Shown: piece by piece, positions 1 to 8,897 of the stretch | How the letters are laid out: every line of letters begins with the position of its first letter | Numbering within the stretch: position 1 is the first letter of the stretch | Made by a program: the position numbers and the translations under genes | DNA from: Phycisphaerales bacterium | GTDB lineage: Bacteria; Planctomycetota; Phycisphaerae; Phycisphaerales; SM1A02 | Length of the DNA stretch: 64,000 bases | Assembly: GCA_009691725.1 (NCBI GenBank) | Contig: SIAP01000007.1 | Coordinates: 11,689-75,688 of the forward strand | Direction: 5' to 3' | The notes under the pieces: model-generated | The model's input: the letters and a program-made list of their open reading frames with translations, nothing else | Database searches by the model: none | Told to the model about the DNA's origin: nothing

Positions 1-70
1 TAGCAACCTGCGAAGGTGATCATCCGCAGAGTCTACGAAGAGTGCGGCCGCTTCGATCACCCACGCTCGA

Positions 71-1483
71 TCATGTGGGAAGTGTAATCCCGGCGGCATG
101 TGCGCACTCGACACAGAGCGCTTGCGCAACGGTGCGATCACGGGCTTCGGCGATCAATCGAATGATTGGCTCGGTGTTCGATGCGCGCAAATGCACCCAT
201 CCCTCGGCGAGGTCGATTCGCACGCCATCGGTCACATCAATTCGTGCGTCCGAGCGAGGTGCGAACTTGTTCACGACCTTTCGCAGCACGTTGGGGACCG
301 CAGATTGCCCGCCGATCGAAGCAAGGTCCATCTTTCGCTTGATCATCGAATACGCGGGGATTTCCTTGGCAATCGCACTCAACGGGCGACCATCCGTCGC
401 CAAGAGTTCCAATACCAACGCCATAGCGGAGAGCGAGTCGCGCACCCAACAGATGCGGGGCCAAATGAGTCCGCCGTTGCCCTCGCCGCCGCACTCTCCA
501 CCCACGAGCTTGATGCCCGCGACCACATGCGCCTCGCCGACTGCCGTGCGGACAACCCTCGACGGAGGGAATCTCGCCGCGATGTCATCAATCATGCGCG
601 ATGTGGAAAGATTCGTCGCGAGTGTGGTGTGCCCGTGTCTCTGCAAGATCCGAAGCGCTCCGAGGACAAGTGTGTATTCCTCACCAACAAACCGACCGAC
701 TTCGTCGACGAGTGCCATTCGATCGGCATCGGGGTCTTGCGCAAACCCGACCGCCACGTTCCCCGCCTCGCGCACTGTGCGCATCAATTGCGAGAGGTTT
801 GCCTCCAATGGTTCTGGTGTATGGGCGAAGAAACCCGTGCGCTCACCATTCAAGTGCAGAACCTCACATCCCAGCGCATCAAGCAACATTTTCCCGGAGC
901 GCGCACCGCCGCCATTCACACTATCAAGCGCGACCCGAAATCGCTTGGCACGGATCGTCGCAACATCCATCTGCGCAAGAACACGCTCAACGTGTGCGCG
1001 GTCAGCCTCGTCATTGCGGGTGCAGTTTCCGGGCGGCTGTGACGGATCGAGTGCCCCAGCTCGGTACCGCGCGATGACCTGCTGCGCCTCGTCAGCTGGC
1101 AACGCCAAACCATCTGCATTGAGCGTCTTGAGTCCATTCCACTCGATCGGATTGTGACTTGCTGTCACGGCAATACCGCCAACTGCGCCGAGCACCCCGA
1201 TCATGAGACCGACTGTTGGGGTTGCAACGACGCCCACATCAACGACATTGAATCCATGCGCACGCATGCCCTCGATCGCCGCACATGCGAGCTCTTCGCC
1301 CGAGCCTCGACCATCGCGACCGATCACCATCGTTGGGTTTCCAGCACGGGCGCCGATCCCACCCCATTGGCGAATGTGTCCCGCAAAGGCAGAGGAAAAG
1401 TTCCGTGCGACATCGCTCGTCATTGACCTGCCAACAAGCCCACGAGCGCCGGAAACCGAAAGCATCAGTGGAGCATCGTGCAC
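71..1483 (-). CDS. alpha-D-phosphohexomutase family enzyme (phosphoglucosamine/phosphomannomutase-like)
   Basis: 470-aa ORF. Active-site serine loop VTASHNPIEWNGLK and metal-binding FAQDPDADR motif. Length fits a four-domain phosphohexomutase. Confidence 0.85.
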   Translation of the reverse strand: MHDAPLMLSVSGARGLVGRSMTSDVARNFSSAFAGHIRQWGGIGARAGNPTMVIGRDGRGSGEELACAAIEGMRAHGFNVVDVGVVATPTVGLMIGVLGAVGGIAVTASHNPIEWNGLKTLNADGLALPADEAQQVIARYRAGALDPSQPPGNCTRNDEADRAHVERVLAQMDVATIRAKRFRVALDSVNGGGARSGKMLLDALGCEVLHLNGERTGFFAHTPEPLEANLSQLMRTVREAGNVAVGFAQDPDADRMALVDEVGRFVGEEYTLVLGALRILQRHGHTTLATNLSTSRMIDDIAARFPPSRVVRTAVGEAHVVAGIKLVGGECGGEGNGGLIWPRICWVRDSLSAMALVLELLATDGRPLSAIAKEIPAYSMIKRKMDLASIGGQSAVPNVLRKVVNKFAPRSDARIDVTDGVRIDLAEGWVHLRASNTEPIIRLIAEARDRTVAQALCVECAHAAGITLPT

Positions 1484-1548
1484 GCAGGTGAATCTATCAA
1501 CCTTCTCCGGAGATGTGAGTCACCAACGCATCTGGCTATACTCAAAAT

Positions 1549-1944
1549 ATGTTCGAACTTGAGGTGCGACGGACATTTTCCGCTGCTCATGCAATCATCA
1601 TCAAGGGAAAGCGCGAGCCCCTCCATGGTCATGATTGGCAGGTGGAATTGGTGGTGTCTGCGACATCACTTGACCCAGAGGGGTTGGCCTGCGACTTTCA
1701 TCAGCTTGAGGCAGGGCTCGACACTGTGCTGCGCCCATTTGCCTCTGCGAATTTGAACGAAACAGAGCCGTTTGACCGATTGAATCCGACGGCGGAATTG
1801 GTCGCACAGCACATTGCACAGTGCATGGCGAAACGACTTCCCAAGCGAGTCAGCGTTCGCTCGGTGCGAGTGACTGAAGCCCCCGGATGCTCCGCCCGAT
1901 TCGTCCCAGGACCTCGACGCTCAACCAAGAACGGCACCAGATGA
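1549..1944 (+). CDS. 6-carboxytetrahydropterin synthase / PTPS family protein (QueD-like, non-canonical)
   Basis: 131-aa ORF. FSAAHAI...LHGHDWQVELVV matches the COG0720 zinc-binding His pattern. The Cys of the C-x3-HGH motif is absent. Its stop overlaps the ppk start (ATGA at 1941-1944). Confidence 0.75.
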   Translation: MFELEVRRTFSAAHAIIIKGKREPLHGHDWQVELVVSATSLDPEGLACDFHQLEAGLDTVLRPFASANLNETEPFDRLNPTAELVAQHIAQCMAKRLPKRVSVRSVRVTEAPGCSARFVPGPRRSTKNGTR

Positions 1945-4217
1945 CATTCCAACAATCGAATCCACACTTCGATCCGCTGCCAGAATCGGGAGGCTCCGAC
2001 GCACTCTCGAGTCCAAATCGATTCTTCAATCGCGATCATTCGTGGCTTGAGTTCAACGCGCGAGTTCTGGAGATGTGCGCCGATCCAACCGTTCCACTGC
2101 TCGAGCGTGTTCGATTCATGACCATCTACTCGCGCAATCTCGACGAGTTCTACATGAAGCGGATTGGCGCACTGCGCCATGCCGTCGAGACTGGTATCAG
2201 CGGGACAAGCTATGAACCGCTGACCCCCGCGCAGGTGCTTCACATGCTTCGCACGCGCGTCATCGAACTCGATGGCACGCAGTCGCGAATCATGCGGGAG
2301 CAACTTGTGCCGGCGCTGCGCGACGCGGGGATCGCACTGCTCGACTGGAAGGATCTCACGGAATCGGAACGCGCCGACTCCCAAGCATGGTTCCGTCGAA
2401 ATGTCTTTCCCATTCTTACGCCGCTCGCAGTGGACCCAGGACATCGATTCCCATTTATCTCAAACATGAGTGTGTCCCTCGGGCTCGTCGTGCGCCGCCC
2501 GGGGGAACCAGAGACCATGTTCGCACGCGTGAAGGTCCCCGAGTCGCCAACTCGTCTCCATGAATTGCGATCTGGGAGACGATTCATTCCAATCCAAGAG
2601 ATCATCGAACACAACCTTGAAGAACTCTTTCCCGGAATGGAGATCCTGCAAGTTCTGCCCTTTCGTGTCACGCGGGATGCGGAGATCGAAGCGGAACGCG
2701 ATGCGTCAGATGATCTTCTTGAGTCCGTGGAACAAAAACTCAAGGAGCGCAAGTTCGCCCGCGTGGTCCGACTCGAAGTCGCACGGGGGGCGAGTCCCCG
2801 AATTCTCAGATTCCTCATGGAGGAACTCGACCTCGGCGCAGAGGACATCTACGAGACCATGGGAGAGACGGACTACGGCATTCTCGACACGATCGCCGAC
2901 ATTGATATTCCTGCGCTTCGATACCCGCGCTGGACGCCCCTTCAACCGATTGAACTCTCTGGCGAGGGGAACACAAGCATCTTCTCGCAGATCCGCAAGG
3001 GCGACATCTTTCTGCATCATCCCTATCAGAGCTTCGACCTGAGCGTGGAGCAGTTCATCAAAGTCGCCTCGGAAGATCCAAAGGTCCTCTGCATCAAGCA
3101 GTCGCTCTATCGAACATCGGGCGACAGCCCATTCATCGCAAGTCTCATTCGAGCCGCAGAGAGCGGCAAGCAGGTTGCTGTACTCGTCGAGCTCCGCGCG
3201 CGCTTTGATGAGGCCCGAAACATTGAGTGGGCCCGAAAGCTCGAGAACGCCGGAGTGCATGTTGCCTACGGCGTCATTGGCCTCAAGACGCACACCAAGA
3301 CAGCGCTCGTTGTTCGTCAAGAATCGGATGGCATCCGCTGCTACGGTCATGTTGGAACCGGGAATTACAATTCCAAGACGGCGCGACTCTACGAAGATGT
3401 CGGGATCTTGACGAGCGATCCGCTGATCACCGAAGACCTCATCGGTCTCTTCAACTACATGACTGGTCGCTCGCGACAGCACCAGTTCAACAAGTTGCTC
3501 ATCGCTCCCGTCAGCATGAAGCGTCGGTTCCTCGACTTGATCGATCGCGAGGTGCAGGTGCAGCGTGGTGGTGGACGCGGCCGCATCATTGCAAAGATGA
3601 ATCAGATCGAAGATCGCGGAGTGATGGATGCGCTCTATCGAGCGAGCGAGGCGGGCGTGCAAATCGACCTCATTGTCCGCGGATTCTGTTGTGTTCGTCC
3701 GGGCGTTCCCGGTCTCTCTCAGAACATTCGTGTGCGATCAATTCTCGGGCGATTTCTGGAGCACAGTCGGATCTTTTACTTTGGCGCGGGAAAGGAAGAG
3801 CCTCTCGACGGAGAGTTCTTCATCGGAAGCGCGGACTGGATGTACCGCAATCTGCAGACGCGCGTGGAAGCAGCCACGCCGATCGACCGGCCGGAACATC
3901 GACGCATTCTGTGGGCGACGCTGGAGTATGCACTTGCGGATGTCCGGCAATCATGGGAATTGCAGTCAGACGGTTCGTACACCCGTGTTTCGGATGCGGG
4001 AGTTGCGGCAGACGACCCGCGGCAATTGGGATTGCACCAGCGATTGATGAATGATGCGCTCGCACTCCTTGCTCGGCACCGAGGTGAACCCAGCGAGTTG
4101 GGTGGGGGGACCACCAGCGGGATGGGCACGCAGATCAGCGCGAGTTCACAGCAGGCGCCTCAATCCCGATCGAAGTCCTCGTCCCGGAAGCCGAAAAATC
4201 GACGTCAGGTCGGCTGA
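1941..4217 (+). CDS. ppk: polyphosphate kinase 1
   Basis: Long ORF. Start taken at the internal ATG 1941 (MTFQQSNPHF). NRDHSWLEFNARVLE and RFMTIYSRNLDEFYMKR N-terminal motifs. Two PLD-like HKD-type motifs (LKTHTKTALVVR, LEHSRIFYF). Confidence 0.95.
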   Translation: MTFQQSNPHFDPLPESGGSDALSSPNRFFNRDHSWLEFNARVLEMCADPTVPLLERVRFMTIYSRNLDEFYMKRIGALRHAVETGISGTSYEPLTPAQVLHMLRTRVIELDGTQSRIMREQLVPALRDAGIALLDWKDLTESERADSQAWFRRNVFPILTPLAVDPGHRFPFISNMSVSLGLVVRRPGEPETMFARVKVPESPTRLHELRSGRRFIPIQEIIEHNLEELFPGMEILQVLPFRVTRDAEIEAERDASDDLLESVEQKLKERKFARVVRLEVARGASPRILRFLMEELDLGAEDIYETMGETDYGILDTIADIDIPALRYPRWTPLQPIELSGEGNTSIFSQIRKGDIFLHHPYQSFDLSVEQFIKVASEDPKVLCIKQSLYRTSGDSPFIASLIRAAESGKQVAVLVELRARFDEARNIEWARKLENAGVHVAYGVIGLKTHTKTALVVRQESDGIRCYGHVGTGNYNSKTARLYEDVGILTSDPLITEDLIGLFNYMTGRSRQHQFNKLLIAPVSMKRRFLDLIDREVQVQRGGGRGRIIAKMNQIEDRGVMDALYRASEAGVQIDLIVRGFCCVRPGVPGLSQNIRVRSILGRFLEHSRIFYFGAGKEEPLDGEFFIGSADWMYRNLQTRVEAATPIDRPEHRRILWATLEYALADVRQSWELQSDGSYTRVSDAGVAADDPRQLGLHQRLMNDALALLARHRGEPSELGGGTTSGMGTQISASSQQAPQSRSKSSSRKPKNRRQVG

Positions 4218-4605
4218 CACCGAGGTCAAAGAGTGTCTCGGCAAGTTGTCCTGGTCTCAAGAATCGCAAGTTGCCGGAGGCTCTCCAATCAGTGACTTCC
4301 ACCGATGTCGAGTCATGTCGAAGCACGACCGGCAGTGACTCGAAGGTGATTGAGCGAGGTGGGAGTGTTCGACTCGCGATCCATTCGCTGTTCCACGATC
4401 CAGCGTTGGTGTTCACGGAGTAGGTCCAACGATCGAGCACCATCGGCTCATCTGCGGGATTGCGAAGTTCAACTCTCAATGCGTATATATCAGCCGTCTG
4501 TTCAGTCGACACGCGTTCGAGAGCGCTGACGCGAATGTCCGGGTTGATCGTGCAGCCACCCACGATTGCGCTTGCGACCAGAAGAGCAAGAAGTCGAAGA
4601 GTCAT
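4135..4605 (-). CDS. putative lipoprotein (LEA-2/NDR1-like fold is tentative)
   Basis: 156-aa ORF starting with ATG at 4605. N-terminus MTLRLLALLVASAIVGGC is a signal peptide plus lipobox. Its 3' end overlaps the ppk 3' end convergently by 83 nt. Confidence 0.6.
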   Translation of the reverse strand: MTLRLLALLVASAIVGGCTINPDIRVSALERVSTEQTADIYALRVELRNPADEPMVLDRWTYSVNTNAGSWNSEWIASRTLPPRSITFESLPVVLRHDSTSVEVTDWRASGNLRFLRPGQLAETLFDLGVSRPDVDFSASGTRTSIGIEAPAVNSR

Positions 4606-4635
4606 CTGCGCAATCTATACCTTCTCGACCCTAGG

Positions 4636-7600
4636 ATGGCACGTATGCGCTGCGCCCCTCGAAACCGCACCCAAAACGCCAGATTCGTGGTGATTTGCAC
4701 AGGGTTCGCCCTCGCCCTTCGTGTGATGCTTCATCAGCCCGCGCATGCGCAGGATTCTGCCGTCGTTGCAGTCGATGATTCGCCAACAGCAGAGCAACTG
4801 CTCGCACAGGCCGACGATCAAGCGTCGAACAACCCCGAGGAAGCCGCTCGACTCATCGCGCGAGTGCTCGACGAATTCGGGCGGAAGTTGGTTCGTGTGC
4901 CTGGGTCCACCGACCGATTCGTTGATGGTCGCGCTCGGGCAGAATCGTTCTTGCGCGATCACCCAGGTGTTCTCGAACGATTCCGAACTGCCCAGTCCGG
5001 CGACGCAGAACGAATCGCAAGCGTGGGGGATGATCGGCGCGTGGTCGAGACGCGCCTCTGGACCGCAGCGGGGTTGCACGCGTCAGTGCGTGAGGCAGAA
5101 CGCGCGGTTTCCGCAGGGCAGTTTGCGCGCGCGCGTGGGTTGCTCGATGCGATCGCAAGTCATCCAGATCTCCCAACAATTGACCGCGCCATCCGCAGCA
5201 ACCTCTTGGTGCTGACTGCATGGGGAATGCGGGACACGGTGACACTCGGACAACTCTTGAACGAACTCGCCACTGCCCAAGATCCGACACTTCGAGCACT
5301 CGGCGCATCTCTCGATCTCATCGTTGGAACACCCAGCGGCACCGAACCGACTTCAGTCAATCCCCTTGCGCCCGCACCGTTTGGTCCGATTCCAATCCAT
5401 CCTGTCCGACTGTGGCGCGAATCGCTTGGAAACACGCTCTCCGCTCGTTTGCAGAGTTCGATCGATGAGGGAATCATTCCCTCAATCGGCTCAGAAGGAT
5501 CAACAAGCAGTGGTCGGCTCCTCGTGGCGATTCCGACAGTCGACGGCGACACCATTCTCGTGAATGAGGGGTATGTACTCCGCGCGTATGACGCATACTC
5601 GCACCTTCCAAAGTGGACGCAGTTTCTGGGCGCAGCCAATTCACCCCGAAGCGATGTGCAAGCAGGGGATCTGGCGATTGTTGTCGTGGGACCTGATTGT
5701 GTCCTCACCCTGTCAGGTCACGCGCTGGGAACTGAACGCAGCGGAGGCGGTCGGCTCGCGTGCTTCGATTCAGAAACTGGTCAGCGGCGCTGGGACTTCG
5801 CTCCAGATCGCTTCGGTGACCAATCCGAGCTCCGTGAACTCTTTCTCTTCGGGTCGCCAATCATCGTCGGCGAGATGGTCGTCGTGCTCGCTCGCAAAGT
5901 CACGCCACGCTTGGAAACAGTATCGGCAGTGCTCGGACTCAATCTCATGAGCGGAGCAATGCAGTGGATGACTCCAGTTGGAGCAGCGCCCGGCATTCGA
6001 ACTGCAGGGTCGCGTCCTTACACATCGCCGTGCGCAGGCAATGGGTGCGTCTTTGTCTCAACAGGCGCTGGCACAACGGCGTCGATCGATGTGATCGATG
6101 GTCGTGTTCGCTGGATTCGCCGCGATGCCGTGCCAATCCGCGATGTCCAACCCGACATCATGCCTTGGGAGATGGGTGGTGCGGTGCTCACAACCCACGG
6201 ACTCATCACGCTCGCTCCGGATGGATCGCATGTGCAGGTCCTCGCCACTGAAAACGGCGACGAACGCGACGCGATTCCAGTGGGTGTCGGCACTGCGTGG
6301 GGTGTGCCGCGATACTTCTTGACGAGTCGCGATCGCACACTTGTCTACGGCGTCGGTGATGGCATCACCGCATTTCGTGTGACGGATCTTCGGACACCGC
6401 TCTGGCGATTCACGGGATCCCAGCGCGCGCAGACACTGCTCGCAACCGATGGGAGAGCGGGGATCAGAGGGCGCGTGCAATCTGGGTGGTTTGACAACGG
6501 TCGAGCCGCACTCATCGTGCCGCTTCTTTCCGATGCGCTGTTCGTTGATGGTGAAACCGGCGCCACGACTGCCGAGATTCCGTGCCCAGGTCCCGCCAAC
6601 ATTGTGGCGCGTGATGGAGTGATCGTCGCAGCGACGAGCGATGCGCTCGAAGTCCTCATGGATGCAACGAATGCCGAACGCATCTTGGTTGACGCAATCC
6701 GTTCGCGACCCAATGATGCGGATGCCGTGATTGGTCTGGTGGAGTTCGCACTGCACTCGCACGATGCATCGCTGTTGAAGTCTGCGACCCAATCAGTCGA
6801 GGCGGCGTTGACTCAGGTTCGCGATGACACCGAGCGGCGTGCCATCTTTGTCGCACTGCTCGTCGAGGCGGCCGAGAGTGGCATGCTTGGTCGCGAAGGA
6901 TCCGACGAGCTCTTCGAAGTGATCGTGCGCGCGCCGGCGAGTGCGACCGAACGCGCCACTGCGCTCATCGCACAGGGAGATTGGTTCGCTCGGTCGAGTC
7001 GTGCTGTGCAGGCCATCGCAACCTGGCGGAGATTGCTCGAAGACGCGCAGGCGAGTCATGCCATGATTTCGGATGCGCCGGAGCAGGGTCCGGTTCTCTC
7101 CCGCAGCGGCGCAGGCGCAGCACTCCTTCGACTCGAGTTGATCGCAGCGACTCCAGACGCACCCGCTGCGGCAACCCAGACATCGCAGGGCGCGCCGCCA
7201 GCAGGTGCAACTGCGCTCGCTCTCGAGTCCTTTGCAGCGAGCGAGCCATGCACTCCAAGCGCGGCGAGAGCATGGCTGTCCGCAGCAAAGCTTCGAATGC
7301 ACGATCATCTCGCCGAGGCAGCTGGCGATTGTGTCGCCGCACTTGACGCAGCCATCGCCTGCGGGAATCGATCGCTTGTGGAGGAGATTCTCACTGGAGC
7401 CATCGCGCTCCTCAACACAGCCGATCTTGAAATCTCAGTTGCACAATTGCTCGACCGCGCGCTGATGGCACAGTGTGATCCAGCAGTCGGCGCTCTGGGA
7501 GGGCGTCTCGCATCGGTTGCACTATGCGAATCTCCAGCATCATCAATGGTCGCGGGATTGCCGCGTCCGGTTGCAGCATCGCAATTCAATGGCTCAGAAG

Positions 7601-8835
7601 ATGTGATCACAGCGCGGCTCCTCCGGGGGGCACTGGCGCCTGTCAGAGATCTGTCACTTGTCGCCGCTCCCCATTCGCACGCGTACCTCGTTGCCGACGG
7701 CACGCTGAATTGTGTGAGCATTCCCGATCTTGCGCCTCGTTGGAAGGTGCCCTTCCGCGGAGAGACGTCCGCCATCATCCCGGTTCGAGACGGAGTCATG
7801 GTGATCGAACAGAGCGATCGCGAGACACTCAGTGTGCAATGGATTGACGACACCGGCGAGTCTCGTTGGCACCTGGACGATCTCGCAGCAAAAGTCTCTC
7901 AACTCAACCAGCCCATCGAGCGAGCCGAATGCCTTGTCGCGGTCGGCGGCGAAGACCTCGTGGTCGTCCGTGTTGATGGCGCTGCGTGCGCGATCAATTC
8001 CAAGGATGGTCAGCCGCGCTGGAAGTCGCTCCCCGCGGTTGACGAAGTTGCGAGTATCGCCGCGAGTGAGACAATGGTCGTGATCGCTGGAACCCGCAGC
8101 GCAACTGATGGTCGTTCTTCTTGGATCACAGCACTCGATCAGCGCACGGGAAAGGTGATTGGCGAGTTCCGCGTTCCCAGCGACGAACCCGTCCGCTGGG
8201 TTCGAGTCATCAGCCCCGCGGAGGTCGCATTTGGCACAACTCGTGGCGTCGGACGTTGGCAGGTCTTCGGCAGCGCCTCCGGAGTCCGCTGGCATTCGCT
8301 CGACCCACGGATTCGTGCGACCGTGCACGGCGAGCCATTGGGAGCAAAACTCTTGCTCACGGATGCAGCTGATCGATCGCACATTCTGGATTGGCGATCA
8401 GGTTCTATCGAGGATGCACACTTTGGGTTCACGCCAGCTCGGAGTGAATCTGAAACGAGTCGGCAGTGGTTTCGAAGCGGCTCGTGCACTGTCGCATGGT
8501 CACGCAATGGGCTGGAGATGTTTTCTCTCCAGGGAGACCTTCTTGGGGCATCACGTCTCCACGGCGCTCGGACAATACAAGGGGTTGCTCCGACAAGTGG
8601 CGCATTGGTCGCCGTGGAACAGACTGGTGGAGCGGATGAACCACGGGAGGTTGGGCTCGGCCGCGCTGCGATGCGCATCCTCATCCATCGCTTTGGATGG
8701 AGTGATGGCGGACGCGTCGCGAGTCCCGCACTCGAAGTCGAGTTCAGCGATGGCAGACTCGACCGCATCCAAGTGCTGGATGGGTGGATCCTGCTGGGAG
8801 GATCGCAGTCCACGCTGGCAATTCCCATGCCGTAA
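4636..8835 (+). CDS. very large secreted protein with helical (TPR-like) regions and PQQ/BamB-like beta-propeller repeats
   Basis: 1399-aa uninterrupted ORF with ATG at 4636. Signal-like N-terminus (FVVICTGFALALRVMLHQPAHAQD). Recurrent propeller-type strands (DSETGQRRWDF, NLMSGAMQWMT, SKDGQPRWK, DQRTGKVIGEF). Confidence 0.65.
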   Translation: MARMRCAPRNRTQNARFVVICTGFALALRVMLHQPAHAQDSAVVAVDDSPTAEQLLAQADDQASNNPEEAARLIARVLDEFGRKLVRVPGSTDRFVDGRARAESFLRDHPGVLERFRTAQSGDAERIASVGDDRRVVETRLWTAAGLHASVREAERAVSAGQFARARGLLDAIASHPDLPTIDRAIRSNLLVLTAWGMRDTVTLGQLLNELATAQDPTLRALGASLDLIVGTPSGTEPTSVNPLAPAPFGPIPIHPVRLWRESLGNTLSARLQSSIDEGIIPSIGSEGSTSSGRLLVAIPTVDGDTILVNEGYVLRAYDAYSHLPKWTQFLGAANSPRSDVQAGDLAIVVVGPDCVLTLSGHALGTERSGGGRLACFDSETGQRRWDFAPDRFGDQSELRELFLFGSPIIVGEMVVVLARKVTPRLETVSAVLGLNLMSGAMQWMTPVGAAPGIRTAGSRPYTSPCAGNGCVFVSTGAGTTASIDVIDGRVRWIRRDAVPIRDVQPDIMPWEMGGAVLTTHGLITLAPDGSHVQVLATENGDERDAIPVGVGTAWGVPRYFLTSRDRTLVYGVGDGITAFRVTDLRTPLWRFTGSQRAQTLLATDGRAGIRGRVQSGWFDNGRAALIVPLLSDALFVDGETGATTAEIPCPGPANIVARDGVIVAATSDALEVLMDATNAERILVDAIRSRPNDADAVIGLVEFALHSHDASLLKSATQSVEAALTQVRDDTERRAIFVALLVEAAESGMLGREGSDELFEVIVRAPASATERATALIAQGDWFARSSRAVQAIATWRRLLEDAQASHAMISDAPEQGPVLSRSGAGAALLRLELIAATPDAPAAATQTSQGAPPAGATALALESFAASEPCTPSAARAWLSAAKLRMHDHLAEAAGDCVAALDAAIACGNRSLVEEILTGAIALLNTADLEISVAQLLDRALMAQCDPAVGALGGRLASVALCESPASSMVAGLPRPVAASQFNGSEDVITARLLRGALAPVRDLSLVAAPHSHAYLVADGTLNCVSIPDLAPRWKVPFRGETSAIIPVRDGVMVIEQSDRETLSVQWIDDTGESRWHLDDLAAKVSQLNQPIERAECLVAVGGEDLVVVRVDGAACAINSKDGQPRWKSLPAVDEVASIAASETMVVIAGTRSATDGRSSWITALDQRTGKVIGEFRVPSDEPVRWVRVISPAEVAFGTTRGVGRWQVFGSASGVRWHSLDPRIRATVHGEPLGAKLLLTDAADRSHILDWRSGSIEDAHFGFTPARSESETSRQWFRSGSCTVAWSRNGLEMFSLQGDLLGASRLHGARTIQGVAPTSGALVAVEQTGGADEPREVGLGRAAMRILIHRFGWSDGGRVASPALEVEFSDGRLDRIQVLDGWILLGGSQSTLAIPMP

Positions 8836-8839
8836 GGGG

Positions 8840-8868
8840 TTGACATTCCACGAGAGAGAAGCGATATT
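8840..8868 (+). promoter_or_regulatory. sigma-70-like promoter for the acidic-protein gene
   Basis: TTGACA (8840-8845), a 17-nt spacer, then GATATT (8863-8868). An AGGAG Shine-Dalgarno (8883-8887) lies 10 nt before the ATG at 8898. Confidence 0.45.
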
Positions 8869-8897
8869 CCCCCGCCCCTCAAAGGAGTATCAACCGC

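Noticed and set aside
42-1157. 371-aa plus-strand ORF (and several others) antisense to the phosphohexomutase gene
   Set aside because: Its composition is typical of antisense frames in GC-rich DNA (Arg/Ser/Ala/Pro-rich, no motifs). The opposite strand encodes a protein with clear family motifs.
2706-3662. 318-aa minus-strand ORF inside ppk
   Set aside because: It is antisense to a strongly supported ppk1, has no motif and no plausible start context.
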